Source of the DNA: Acinetobacter phage vB_AbaS_TCUP2199
Direction: 5' to 3' (one strand)
Sequence record: ON323491.1
DNA length: 64,000 nucleotides
Both the position numbers and the translations under genes were made by a program. The notes below the pieces were generated by a model, which saw only the letters and a program-made list of their open reading frames with translations, was not told the origin of the DNA and made no database searches. Shown in pieces: positions 18,248 through 28,308 of the stretch (the stretch's first letter is position 1; each line of letters begins with the position of its first letter).

Positions 18248-20827
18248 ATGTCATTTTCATACGACTGCCCTGTAGAGCGTATCTTGGTTGACCGCCATAA
18301 TATTGCTATCTGGGACCAATTCATTACAGAACAATTAAGTAAACCATCGAACTTTGTAGGTTTCGATATAGAAACCTCACAACGTGATGCCCATGAAGGC
18401 ATTAAAAAATTGATGAAGACTGACGATGAGGGTTACAGCAAGGGTAAAAAATTAATCTTTGACTTTAAGCGAACAAAAATTGTCGGGGCTTCTTTTTATT
18501 TTGGGCACACTGCAGGTGACAAAGCTTTCTATGTGAACTTTGACCATGCAGATAAAGAAAATACAATCAGCATTGATTATTTAATCCGCTGGATGGATTT
18601 AGCCAAAGCCAACAATGTCAGCAACATTATTCACAACGTACAATATGAATATTCTGTTTTCCGCGGGTCATATAACTACGAGCTGCCACCAACGCTATGT
18701 TCTATGCAACTGTGCGTGACAGCTTATGGTCCAGATGAATATAAAAAATCTGATCTAGCAATGGCCGTAGCTAACGGTATCAAGCCATTGATTCCAGAAA
18801 TTGACCGTGTGTTTGCCAACTATGAATATGGCAAGCTGACTTTCCAGCAAGAGGAATTGCTGGGCAAGTTCTGTGCAAAGTCTGGTGGCGCAACCCATTC
18901 TTATGAAGGTATCGTGAAAGGTATCTCTTACGGCTATGGTTTAAAGAAAGCTGTCAAGACTTGGTTCGGTTACCAGATGGAAGAATTTAAGGATACCTTG
19001 GGTGATTCTGCAGACATGGAAAGCCTAACTGCTCAACAAGTATTGGCCTATGGTGCTGATGATGCTATCTGGGCATATCGTTTATTTTTCCGTGTGTATT
19101 CTTACCTGCAGCAAACTAACCCAGACGTTATTGCAACATACCTGAACACAGAAAACCCCATTACCCGTGTCTTTGCTGAAACCACCATTGGTGGCATGAA
19201 GGTAAACCATCAAGAGATCATTAAAAAGCGTGACGAAATGCGTCACTCTGTGGCAATGAAATTGGTTGAGTTCAAGCAACTGCTACGCGAACACATGCCA
19301 AAAGAAGCACCAGAAATGCATGAGAAACTTTTGAAATATGAAAAATGGTATAAGCCAGATTCTCATCAAAAGTATTTCAACTATATCTGGGATTGGCTTG
19401 ATATGCCAGATGATGTGTCTGACTATGAGCTATGCACGCAAATTAAATGTGCCACAGGCAACGCTTGGCTTGAAGATGTGAAAGGGGTTGGGGCTAAGCC
19501 AAAAGCTTTGCTGTCAATTAACCATTACATGGCTCAACGATACATTATGTTTGTAATCTTTAATCTGCCATGTTCTGCATCTGGTGGCAAAATTAATAGT
19601 GACAAACTGGCACGTGCAGAAATGGCTGAGAAGCTGGGCGGTCACCCGCTGTTGGATATTTATGAAAAATTAAGTTCTGCAGAGCAGGCATTTAAGCTGT
19701 ACATTACACCATACCTGTGTCTTGTGGACCCAGAAACTGGTTTGATGCATCCACAGCTTTCGTCTATGTTGGCGACACGTCGTACCAGTTGTTCTAACCC
19801 GAACGGTCAACAGTTGGCTAAACGTGGTGACTCTGTATTTGTCCGTGGCTTTTTCCAAGCGGATGACCCAGACTCGGTTATTGTCTCAGCCGACTGGTCC
19901 GCTATTGAATTGGTTGGTGTAGCTGCAAATAGTCAGGACCCAGAGTTCTTGGCAGCTTATGGTCAACGACCACATAACGATTTACATACTGCAGCAGCAG
20001 CAGGTGTACTTGGTCTTGACTTAGATGAGTTCAAGCAATTACCAAACAAGAAAGACATGCGTACTATCTTGGGTAAAGGCTCTAACTTTGAATACTGGTA
20101 TTCAGGTTGGTTAATGAACACAGCCAAGAAAATGGGTTGGGACCTTGAAGAAACTGCAGAAGCGGTACGTGGTTATACAAGCAAGTTCCCTGTTGCAGAG
20201 AACTGGCGTTTAGCTTTAATTGAAGAATTAAAACGCAATGGTTTTGTTAAGATTGCTGACCATCACATTCGTACACGTTTTGAAGCTACTCAGGAATGGG
20301 CAGATATTATTTGGAATGTATTCGACGGTTATGGTAGCCAAGCCATTCTTGACTTTGCACGTGAAGCCATTAAGCGTATTCAACGTCGTGCTTGCAACCA
20401 AGGTGTGAACTTCTCAATTCAAGGCTTGTGTGCCGCATTGGCTAAACAGACTATTTTACGTGTAATTGCTAACGCTAAAAAAGCTGGATTTAAAGCGCGA
20501 TTCATGTTGTTAATTCACGATGAATTGTTGTTCTCTGTGCCACGTGCGGAAGCTGCAGCATTCTGTGACTTCTTATACAACGAAATGATTCAGGATTCTG
20601 ATATGTTCCCGAATGTGAAGATTGACAGCTCTGTGGCCGTAGGTTATACCTTCCAACCATTTGATAAAGTCAATGCGCCATTTGGTCAGATCGAATTACA
20701 TGAAATCCAGAAAGGTGTACCAGTGATACCAGAGGACCGTTGGGAGTCTAAGGCAACACCAGAGGAACGCGACTTGATCATTGATTATTTAACAATCCAA
20801 CGAGCAGCAGGGGTGGCGTATGCATAA
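18248..20827 (+). CDS. DNA polymerase, family A, with 3'-5' exonuclease domain
   Basis: Exo I FDIETS; motif A DWSAIELV; motif B RTILGKGSNFEYWYSG; motif C LLIHDEL. Start 18140 overlaps the terminator and is rejected. Confidence 0.85.
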   Translation: MSFSYDCPVERILVDRHNIAIWDQFITEQLSKPSNFVGFDIETSQRDAHEGIKKLMKTDDEGYSKGKKLIFDFKRTKIVGASFYFGHTAGDKAFYVNFDHADKENTISIDYLIRWMDLAKANNVSNIIHNVQYEYSVFRGSYNYELPPTLCSMQLCVTAYGPDEYKKSDLAMAVANGIKPLIPEIDRVFANYEYGKLTFQQEELLGKFCAKSGGATHSYEGIVKGISYGYGLKKAVKTWFGYQMEEFKDTLGDSADMESLTAQQVLAYGADDAIWAYRLFFRVYSYLQQTNPDVIATYLNTENPITRVFAETTIGGMKVNHQEIIKKRDEMRHSVAMKLVEFKQLLREHMPKEAPEMHEKLLKYEKWYKPDSHQKYFNYIWDWLDMPDDVSDYELCTQIKCATGNAWLEDVKGVGAKPKALLSINHYMAQRYIMFVIFNLPCSASGGKINSDKLARAEMAEKLGGHPLLDIYEKLSSAEQAFKLYITPYLCLVDPETGLMHPQLSSMLATRRTSCSNPNGQQLAKRGDSVFVRGFFQADDPDSVIVSADWSAIELVGVAANSQDPEFLAAYGQRPHNDLHTAAAAGVLGLDLDEFKQLPNKKDMRTILGKGSNFEYWYSGWLMNTAKKMGWDLEETAEAVRGYTSKFPVAENWRLALIEELKRNGFVKIADHHIRTRFEATQEWADIIWNVFDGYGSQAILDFAREAIKRIQRRACNQGVNFSIQGLCAALAKQTILRVIANAKKAGFKARFMLLIHDELLFSVPRAEAAAFCDFLYNEMIQDSDMFPNVKIDSSVAVGYTFQPFDKVNAPFGQIELHEIQKGVPVIPEDRWESKATPEERDLIIDYLTIQRAAGVAYA

Positions 20828-21167
20828 GGATGTAACTTTAACCAAGGAACAGTTTGACAAGATAAAATTGCTAGATTTAATAATCAAATGGCAACGGGAC
20901 TTTAAAGACTTCAACAGGAATGGTTTCATATACGTTATAGAAACTATCAATGGTGAATATGAATTAAGACCTTTTAATCCTAGACAACAAAACTGGGGCG
21001 ATAATTGGCGTAGATGTTATGAACTGCGGATACCTGAGTGGGTTAAAAGTATTGCTGACTATTTGAAATCTAAACGTGTTAGGATTCGCAGAGTGTGGTG
21101 GACACAGCACCCACATGATGGTTGTTATTTTGAAACAGCAAGAACAGTATGGTTATTTTTGGAGTAA
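20820..21167 (+). CDS. hypothetical protein (115 aa)
   Basis: Overlaps the polymerase stop. Confidence 0.45.
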   Translation: MHKDVTLTKEQFDKIKLLDLIIKWQRDFKDFNRNGFIYVIETINGEYELRPFNPRQQNWGDNWRRCYELRIPEWVKSIADYLKSKRVRIRRVWWTQHPHDGCYFETARTVWLFLE

Positions 21168-21171
21168 GACA

Positions 21172-21903
21172 ATGCATGAAGTAAATAAATTAGACAGTCT
21201 GGAAGTTCCACAGCCAGATGTTCGCCAAGAATTGTTGTTGAATAACATGCAATTTCATAAAACTCAGGCTGCAGCTTTTCTTAAAAAGTCTGAGGATATG
21301 CGAAAGGAAATAGCGGAAACGTATGTTCCAAAAGAAATTGAACTTGGTAAAACGTATATTGGTATTAGACACCCTAACGATACAGCTTCAATATTTGAAC
21401 ATGCACCTGCTATGTATGCTAAGTTATTGAAAGATAACAAATTATGTTTACATTACCAAAATAGCGAGTTTGAAAATCGTGAAGTAACACCTATTGCGAT
21501 TGCTTTATATGATCTCAATTTTAATTTGGGAATCATCCGCTGGGAAATTACTGTAGAAAATTCAGATCAGAAATTGTTTACTGCTCTGTATGCTACAAAA
21601 ATGGCGGGTAAACCATATCCAAAGCTTAAAATGGATGACCTATTCATTCTGTTAGCAATTAGTGGCCTAGAACCAGACAAGCTTGGTGATAATGTTATTT
21701 ACATTGCCAAAAATGTTAATGGTGCAGTGACTACATTCGTTAATGGTGTGCCTGCAGATTGGGTTGTAAAAGGCATACCATTTATTCCAGAAGGGGTTAA
21801 AAGCTGGCCCCAGTTTATTAGCAACCCAGAAAGTGTAATGATGAACTTAGACGATAAAGTTTTTTCATTAGATGAATGGCTCAGCTATTGCAATGCAACA
21901 TAA
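21172..21903 (+). CDS. hypothetical protein (243 aa)
   Basis: ATG after GGAG. Confidence 0.5.
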   Translation: MHEVNKLDSLEVPQPDVRQELLLNNMQFHKTQAAAFLKKSEDMRKEIAETYVPKEIELGKTYIGIRHPNDTASIFEHAPAMYAKLLKDNKLCLHYQNSEFENREVTPIAIALYDLNFNLGIIRWEITVENSDQKLFTALYATKMAGKPYPKLKMDDLFILLAISGLEPDKLGDNVIYIAKNVNGAVTTFVNGVPADWVVKGIPFIPEGVKSWPQFISNPESVMMNLDDKVFSLDEWLSYCNAT

Positions 21904-21941
21904 GAGTAAGTAGTATTACTTAAAAATACTCTTTGGTTAAG

Positions 21942-21973
21942 CCCTTATCCGCTAGTCGGGTAAGGGATTTTTA
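21942..21973 (+). terminator. rho-independent terminator
   Basis: cccttatccg-ctagt-cgggtaaggg followed by atttttac. Confidence 0.6.
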
Positions 21974-21997
21974 CAGGTCAGATTTATTGAGATTGAA

Positions 21998-22216
21998 ATG
22001 TCTGAAAAAACGGATGAGCTTGAATATCAAGCTATTGAACTTCATTTTAATGAAGCAATGCATAAAGCAAAGCAAGCTGGAAAGCATGACTTGAAACCAG
22101 TTGGGGCTTGTCATAACTGTAATGAATCAGTTGATGGAAATAAACTTTTCTGTGATCAAGATTGTGCCGAAGATTATGAAAAACGCAAGTTCGCAAAGTC
22201 ACAAAGGCTATATTAA
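21998..22216 (+). CDS. small zinc-ribbon protein (72 aa)
   Basis: CHNCN...CDQDC cysteine pairs. Confidence 0.45.
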   Translation: MSEKTDELEYQAIELHFNEAMHKAKQAGKHDLKPVGACHNCNESVDGNKLFCDQDCAEDYEKRKFAKSQRLY

Positions 22217-22218
22217 GT

Positions 22219-22746
22219 ATGATTAAAAAACACGGAATTAAATCAAATTCTAGTGGTGAATCAGCTACCAAAGTCAGAAGCATAAAAGCCAATGGTAAAG
22301 CTACGGAAAAAACCGTAGCTTATCTTTTGCGCCAAGCTTATGCGACACAGGTAGAAATCCTTCGCCTACCAGATAAATATGACACAGGCCGACACGAAGA
22401 TACACGCCCCAGCGATTTCGTTGTCATCCTGAATCCAACCAACCATGGCCTAGTCGGTGTCTCAAACACTTTCTATGTCGAAGCCAAGGAAACTGGCGCA
22501 GATAAGAACACTTGGTCACTTCTGTCAACATTCAGAAATGGTCAGCTTCAAGCAATGATTCGTGCAAATAAATTGAATATTCCCTACTTTGTGGTGTTCC
22601 ATTACTTGCATAACAAAAAGATTTATCTGGTCCCAAGTACAGTTATTTTGGACCTTTACATGAACGGTAAGAAATCTATATCTAAGGATGTTATTGCACA
22701 ATACCCTTGGGACGATGGACGACTTTACAACTACTTTAGAAAGTAA
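22219..22746 (+). CDS. PD-(D/E)XK-like nuclease candidate (175 aa)
   Basis: PSDFVV...VEAKE resembles a D-x(n)-E-x-K core. Confidence 0.35.
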   Translation: MIKKHGIKSNSSGESATKVRSIKANGKATEKTVAYLLRQAYATQVEILRLPDKYDTGRHEDTRPSDFVVILNPTNHGLVGVSNTFYVEAKETGADKNTWSLLSTFRNGQLQAMIRANKLNIPYFVVFHYLHNKKIYLVPSTVILDLYMNGKKSISKDVIAQYPWDDGRLYNYFRK

Positions 22747-22772
22747 TTAACCAAAACATTAGGAGCAACACA

Positions 22773-23459
22773 ATGGCTAAAAAAGAGACTACTCGCAAGC
22801 ATGAACGTTACCATCACTTTATGGTTGACTGTGAAACTTTAGGGGTATTGCCAAACTCAAATCCAGTATTACAGATTGCGATTGTTGAATTTGACCCAGT
22901 GTCATTCACGGCCACAGGTAAAGAACTAACAGTGTTTTTGCCATTGGTTGAACAATTAAAAGCGGGTGCCATTGCTGATAAAGGTACTGTTGACTGGTGG
23001 AATAAACCTGAACGTGCCAAGGTGCTTGAAGAAGTCATGGCAGGTGTTAATGCTGCAGGCACAATGAGTGATCAACTATTAAAAATTTATCACTGGTTAA
23101 AAGATGTTTGCACTGTTGAAGGAAATAATGAACTTGGTAAAACCATGTTCTGGGCAAAACCTGCAGCGTTTGACTATCCATTCATTGATGGTTTATTTGT
23201 GAAGTTTGGCATCCCTAGCCCATTCATGTTCCGTAATGTTATGGACATGCATAGCTATATCATTTCAAATTTTATTAATACGCACCGTGCAGTTCAGCAT
23301 TATGAAATTGATTTCTGGCAAGCTCAACAAATGTATTGGGATGCTATGAAAGATGTTGAAGCCAATGAGGAAGATGCCCATAACGCAACGCACGACTGCC
23401 ATTTCCAGATTGAATGGCTACGTCATGCAGTATTAAATCCTCAAAAATATTTTGATTAA
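22773..23459 (+). CDS. DnaQ-like DEDDh 3'-5' exonuclease
   Basis: Exo I FMVDCETLG; Exo III HNATHDCHFQ. Confidence 0.65.
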   Translation: MAKKETTRKHERYHHFMVDCETLGVLPNSNPVLQIAIVEFDPVSFTATGKELTVFLPLVEQLKAGAIADKGTVDWWNKPERAKVLEEVMAGVNAAGTMSDQLLKIYHWLKDVCTVEGNNELGKTMFWAKPAAFDYPFIDGLFVKFGIPSPFMFRNVMDMHSYIISNFINTHRAVQHYEIDFWQAQQMYWDAMKDVEANEEDAHNATHDCHFQIEWLRHAVLNPQKYFD

Positions 23460-23462
23460 TTG

Positions 23463-23491
23463 TTGACATGAGATAATGATTTAATCATTAT
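23463..23491 (+). promoter_or_regulatory. promoter candidate (TTGACA) overlapping a perfect 7-bp-arm palindrome
   Basis: TTGACA 23463-23468; palindrome TAATGATttaATCATTA 23475-23491. Confidence 0.35.
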
Positions 23492-23498
23492 GAATTGA

Positions 23499-23525
23499 GA
23501 CTGACCATTGGGTCAGTCTTTTTAT
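23499..23525 (+). terminator. hairpin plus T-run followed by TATCACCTAAA motif
   Basis: agactgacc-attg-ggtcagtct followed by tttttat. Confidence 0.55.
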
Positions 23526-23548
23526 CACCTAAACAAAAGGATACGAGC

Positions 23549-23830
23549 ATGGGTCCATTAATATTTTTACCCCCGAACAATGTGCCATTTAAGTATTACA
23601 ACATGCGTGACCATTTCGCTGGTATGGCAATGCAAGGCATGATTAGTTCAATTAAAGATCAAGATCAACTTGATCGTATGCGCGATTGGGCAAACAAAAA
23701 TCAAATGTCACTGGCTCAATTTATTGCTTATGATTCATATAAACAAGCTGACGCTATGCTTCAAGCACGTACACAGCCAGCGGTTTATACCGAAGAACTT
23801 CACACAGAATACAAAGGACCTAAACGATGA
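23549..23830 (+). CDS. hypothetical protein (93 aa)
   Basis: ATG after AAAGGA. Confidence 0.45.
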   Translation: MGPLIFLPPNNVPFKYYNMRDHFAGMAMQGMISSIKDQDQLDRMRDWANKNQMSLAQFIAYDSYKQADAMLQARTQPAVYTEELHTEYKGPKR

Positions 23831-24243
23831 ATATTTTCCCAACTGACGAAGCAGTAATAGTAGCCGCACCAGAATACACAGCAGTACAGTCAGCATTTAT
23901 TGATGCAATCAACAATGACCAAATCCCGTTGTTGCACCATTACTTCACCATTAACGAATATTTTGGTTTAAATGATGATGGTGAGTTTGAACACATAGAC
24001 ACGTATGCAGCTTTTAAAATTTTTGAAGCTGGCTATGTGTTGAGTAAAGCTGAAAATGAACCTTTAGAAGATGAGCAGCTTGAAGATGAAGTTTTAGCTG
24101 CAGTCTCTGGCCGTGACCCTAACAAGCCTGTTAATTCTGGCAAGTTAAAAGATTGGGTCATTATGATTGGTGTTCTAATCATCGGATTGATCATTGGTTA
24201 CTATGTAAACTTTGCTCATTTAAATAGCAAAATCCATTTCTGA
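23827..24243 (+). CDS. hypothetical protein with C-terminal TM anchor (138 aa)
   Basis: TM WVIMIGVLIIGLIIGYYV. Confidence 0.45.
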   Translation: MNIFPTDEAVIVAAPEYTAVQSAFIDAINNDQIPLLHHYFTINEYFGLNDDGEFEHIDTYAAFKIFEAGYVLSKAENEPLEDEQLEDEVLAAVSGRDPNKPVNSGKLKDWVIMIGVLIIGLIIGYYVNFAHLNSKIHF

Positions 24244-24250
24244 GAATATT

Positions 24251-25378
24251 ATGATTGATCAAAATTATAAACACAGAAACCCTTTAATAATTACCCCTAT
24301 GGGTAATTTTTTACAGACCATTGGTGACACCCACTTAGGTCGGGTGTTTAAAAACGATGTGCCTTTGGACCGTCGTGGTGATTATGAGCAATACCAGTAT
24401 GAAAAATTACAGGAACTGCTTTGGGCTAAACCAAAATTTACTACGACTGAAACACTCCTTAGCTCAGAAATTAAAGGCCGCTATGTTAAGGCCCAAGTAG
24501 GCGACTGGTTTGATAAGCCAGTCGTTACACTGAATGTTATTCAACAGTCAGTTGATACGTTAGAACAGTATGCCCAAGAACATGAGGATAAAGAGGAACT
24601 TTTTATCCTTTCTGGAAACCACGATGATGCCAAAAATGTCACGGATACGACAGCTTGGGATTTATTAGCCAGTACGTTACGCAGCAGTGTGTATAATTCA
24701 GAAGGCACTGTTACTTTTGTGAAGGACTACGAGGTATATGAATATGCAAACGGTGAAGAAATCCTGTTTATTGGTTGGAATATTGCCACTAATGCTTGTT
24801 CTGCTTTACTTAGAGCTTTGGAAGCGGGCCATAAGTCTATAACAACTGTGGTCTGCCACTTGGATAAAATCAGCTATGGGAATGACGAAAATGTCATTCC
24901 TTATGAATTTTTTGCAAGCCATGGTGTCAAACTAGTTGTCAGCGGCCATGAGCATAAACCTTACCATTCCCATGACAGTGGTATGGAAATTATTGGTACT
25001 GGTTCATTATTACCTTTCAGTCATGCCGAAGATGATGGTGAAGAAATCTATGTGACTTTGCACTCAATCAATGAGTATGAAGATTACTTGATTGACAATG
25101 ATGTGACTGACAAACATATCCGTTTGATCTTGGATGAAGATGACCAGAAGCGTGTAGACGAACTCAACAATGTTCAATCATTAAGCTTGAAGATTGTTAA
25201 GAAGGGCGTAGCTGTAGAAGTTCTCGATATGGATAACTCAGGCGTTAGCCAAGTTACCTTGGAAGCTTACGATGCCAAAAGTGTTTGGGAAAATGCTGTG
25301 GCTGAGACTGGGTTAGAGCCAGTGACGGGTAAATTGGTATGGCAAGAAATCCAGTCTAAAGGGGACAGTGATGATTAA
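24251..25378 (+). CDS. SbcD/Mre11-like nuclease (calcineurin-like phosphoesterase)
   Basis: Motifs IGDTHLG, GNHDD, GHEH. Confidence 0.7.
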   Translation: MIDQNYKHRNPLIITPMGNFLQTIGDTHLGRVFKNDVPLDRRGDYEQYQYEKLQELLWAKPKFTTTETLLSSEIKGRYVKAQVGDWFDKPVVTLNVIQQSVDTLEQYAQEHEDKEELFILSGNHDDAKNVTDTTAWDLLASTLRSSVYNSEGTVTFVKDYEVYEYANGEEILFIGWNIATNACSALLRALEAGHKSITTVVCHLDKISYGNDENVIPYEFFASHGVKLVVSGHEHKPYHSHDSGMEIIGTGSLLPFSHAEDDGEEIYVTLHSINEYEDYLIDNDVTDKHIRLILDEDDQKRVDELNNVQSLSLKIVKKGVAVEVLDMDNSGVSQVTLEAYDAKSVWENAVAETGLEPVTGKLVWQEIQSKGDSDD

Positions 25379-27545
25379 AAAATTAAAGATGCGTAATTGG
25401 GCCAAGCATCATGACCGTGAGTTCTTTTTTGAAGCTGGTTTAAATATGATTCGCGGTGTCAATGAAGGTGGCAAGAGTTTGATTTTGGAAGCCATTGACT
25501 ATGCACTTCATGGTTCAGTAGCCCTTCGTTTGCCTGCGAGTTTGTATCCAACTAACTTGTCATCTGAGCTAACAGTGGTTATCCGTGGCAAGGAATACTT
25601 CATTCAGCGTTCACCTAAAATGGCGATTCTGACTGACGTAGAAACAGACACTGTCCTTGCCAAAGGTACAAAGCCAGTAGATGCTGAGATTCGTAAAATT
25701 CTTGGTTACAGCCGCAGTGTATTTATGGTTTCCAACTATAGTTCTCAGAATGCTATTGACCAGTTGGCTGCATTAAAGCCTGCTGAGCGTAAGCGTGTGA
25801 TTGACAACGTGGTTGGCCTGACTGCAGTTGAGGAAGTGATTGGTGACCATAAGGTTGAACTATCAGCTCTCAATAAAATGCTTGCTGGTCACAAGGCACG
25901 TTTACCTGATAATGAACCAGTAAAGCCTGCTGTGGATTTGCCAGATTATTTGTCGAGCCAGAAAATGTACTTGCGCGAAGAAATGACTCGCGTACAAGGT
26001 TATATTTCTCGTCAAGAACAAATCGCTGTGACGCACCAACGCTTAATGGATACCAAGCCAGAGCAGCTTCATTTTGATGAAGTGCGTTTGCAAAAAATGC
26101 TGATACCAGAAGGTATTGACCGTGCTGCTGCAGCAAAACATGACGCTACTTTAAAAAGTAAGAAAGACATGTTGGCCCAGCAACAGGCATTGTTGGAAGC
26201 TGAGAAACAGCCTGAGTATGTGCCTGAGCCAGACACAGCATGGTTAATTGAAGGTATGACTCGCGCTAAGTGGGATGCATACAATCAGAAAACTGCTCAA
26301 TTAAACGCTGCTATTGATAAAGCTTTAAGTGACCAAAATGCCTTAGAAACTCGTAAGAAATCATTGACTTATATAAGTCAAGCTGACTTAGATGACTTAT
26401 ACGTGGCTAATAATCTTTACAAGGATTGGCTTAACGTACAGGAATTAAAGGCAAAAGGGTCATTGACTTGTGATAGTTGTGGGTCAGAAGTCCACTTGAT
26501 GAAAGACCATCTGGCTAAATACCAGCATGTGCCTGAGACTGTGGCTAAGCCAACAATGGATTATGATCAAGCAGTTAAAGAACATAAATGGTACAACGAA
26601 ATACAAGAGGAAATTACCAAAGCTAAAGATCGTGTAGTTGAACTCATGACCGAACGTGATGAACATGTTCTAACCATGAGCTGCTATAGCAATGAGCAGA
26701 TAGAACAGCACTTCAAAATTGAAAACCAACTGGAACTTTGGAAAGAAAGCCTTAAAAAATATGAAGATTATAAGTACCGTACTGGCACTTATAAAGATAA
26801 CTGTGAACGCTTGGAAGCTGAAATTATCGAACTAGAAACCAACTGGTACGATGAAAAAACCTTGGCCGATAACTTCTATGCCATTGATGAATTTGAGAAG
26901 CTGGAAAAACAAAATGCCAGTTTGCTTGTTTGGCAGCGTAACTTTGATGCACTTCCAACCTATGAAGGTGATGAAGCTGTAGAAAAAGCCAAACTGGAAT
27001 TGAAAGAACTCAATGAAAAAGAAGCTGAACTTCAAGCTCTTGAATATGAGTGGGATGTTTATAAGCGTGACAAAGCAGCTTACGATGCTATTTACAGTGA
27101 TTATGAAGTTGTAAAAACCCAAGTGGATGCTGAGAAAGAAATCATTGAAACACTGCAGCTCTATAAAGCCAAGATCAAATCAACGATTTTGCCAAGTGTC
27201 AATTCAGTGGCATCTTCATGGATTCAGCGTATGTCCCTCGGTAAGCATGTAAGCGTGGCCCTTACCGATGATATGGAAATCTTAGTGAACAATGAACCAA
27301 TTGAAGCACTTTCTATTTCGGGTCGTGCTTTGGGCCATTTAAGCTTACGCATGGCTTTGGGTCAGGTTTTAACGAATAGTATTTTTCCAGTGTTCATGGC
27401 TGATGAAGTGGATGCTTCAATGAGAAACGAACGGGCACAAGCAGTGCTTGACAACTTGGTAAAAATGCTGGATGGGTCGGTGAAACAGATCATTATGATC
27501 TCACACCGAGAGCTGGAAAATATTCAAAATGTGATTGAGGTGTAA
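25368..27545 (+). CDS. SbcC/Rad50-like SMC ATPase
   Basis: Walker A GVNEGGKS; long coiled-coil; zinc-hook-like CDSCGSE; C-terminal Walker B/D-loop VFMADEVDA. Confidence 0.7.
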   Translation: MMIKKLKMRNWAKHHDREFFFEAGLNMIRGVNEGGKSLILEAIDYALHGSVALRLPASLYPTNLSSELTVVIRGKEYFIQRSPKMAILTDVETDTVLAKGTKPVDAEIRKILGYSRSVFMVSNYSSQNAIDQLAALKPAERKRVIDNVVGLTAVEEVIGDHKVELSALNKMLAGHKARLPDNEPVKPAVDLPDYLSSQKMYLREEMTRVQGYISRQEQIAVTHQRLMDTKPEQLHFDEVRLQKMLIPEGIDRAAAAKHDATLKSKKDMLAQQQALLEAEKQPEYVPEPDTAWLIEGMTRAKWDAYNQKTAQLNAAIDKALSDQNALETRKKSLTYISQADLDDLYVANNLYKDWLNVQELKAKGSLTCDSCGSEVHLMKDHLAKYQHVPETVAKPTMDYDQAVKEHKWYNEIQEEITKAKDRVVELMTERDEHVLTMSCYSNEQIEQHFKIENQLELWKESLKKYEDYKYRTGTYKDNCERLEAEIIELETNWYDEKTLADNFYAIDEFEKLEKQNASLLVWQRNFDALPTYEGDEAVEKAKLELKELNEKEAELQALEYEWDVYKRDKAAYDAIYSDYEVVKTQVDAEKEIIETLQLYKAKIKSTILPSVNSVASSWIQRMSLGKHVSVALTDDMEILVNNEPIEALSISGRALGHLSLRMALGQVLTNSIFPVFMADEVDASMRNERAQAVLDNLVKMLDGSVKQIIMISHRELENIQNVIEV

Positions 27546-27546
27546 T

Positions 27547-27813
27547 GTGGCTGTAGATGTTGAACGCTTATTGGCTGAGTTTGATCTTCTGACACAGAAC
27601 ACAGCCACAAAAGATCGGGTATTGTTTTTACTTTTAAAGGAAATTCAAGAGGAATTACCCAACACAGATGAAGGTTCAGAATGGTTCCATGCGGCCTTTA
27701 GGAAAATAGATGTGTCTGGTAGTGGTTATCGAGATATGGCTATTTATATATTACTTGGTGATAGTTCTGCTTTTTGGGAACTGTATCACAGATTAGATGG
27801 AGAAAAGGCATGA
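27547..27813 (+). CDS. hypothetical protein (88 aa)
   Basis: GTG after GAGG. Confidence 0.4.
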   Translation: MAVDVERLLAEFDLLTQNTATKDRVLFLLLKEIQEELPNTDEGSEWFHAAFRKIDVSGSGYRDMAIYILLGDSSAFWELYHRLDGEKA

Positions 27814-28007
27814 AACGTCTGATTGGAAAGGTGACTGTAAATTTAGTTGTTGAGCTGGAAAACATAGACGTAGAGCTTTACGACTTAGCTCAGTCCTTGG
27901 GAAATAATACAAGCTTAAATACTAAGGTTCAAAACATTCGTAAAAAGATAGAGTCAATCCAAGGTTGGCTTAATGCTATCAGTTACGACTTAAATGGAGA
28001 TAAATAA
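27810..28007 (+). CDS. hypothetical protein (65 aa)
   Basis: ATGA overlap. Confidence 0.4.
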   Translation: MKRLIGKVTVNLVVELENIDVELYDLAQSLGNNTSLNTKVQNIRKKIESIQGWLNAISYDLNGDK

Positions 28008-28303
28008 TGTCTGATGCAAAGGTTGGTTTGTCACAAGTATTGGCAGAGATTGGTGACGATAATTATAAACTCCAAGTGCTGGGCAGCAGCTTGAAGGGGT
28101 TTAGACAAAATAAACGTGATACGGTTATTGAGTTTTATACTGACCCTGAAAACACCCCACAATTTTCTGGGCCAAACATGATAGTTGACACGCCAAAATT
28201 AGGTGTGGTTCTTTGGATTGATCGTGCAGATTATGACAAAGCATTTAAGGCTCTCACAGATCGTCAAAAGGAAGCTAAACCAAATGATGAAGTGGTGGAG
28301 TAA
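28007..28303 (+). CDS. hypothetical protein (98 aa)
   Basis: TAATG overlap. Confidence 0.45.
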   Translation: MSDAKVGLSQVLAEIGDDNYKLQVLGSSLKGFRQNKRDTVIEFYTDPENTPQFSGPNMIVDTPKLGVVLWIDRADYDKAFKALTDRQKEAKPNDEVVE

Positions 28304-28308
28304 TTTAT

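Noticed and set aside
20398-20440. Apparent Pol A motif B (RRACNQGVNFSIQG) lacking the invariant Lys/Tyr, suggesting an inactive polymerase
   Set aside because: The true motif B is upstream (RTILGKGSNFEYWYSG, with the Lys and Tyr at the expected spacing from motif C LLIHDEL). The polymerase looks intact.
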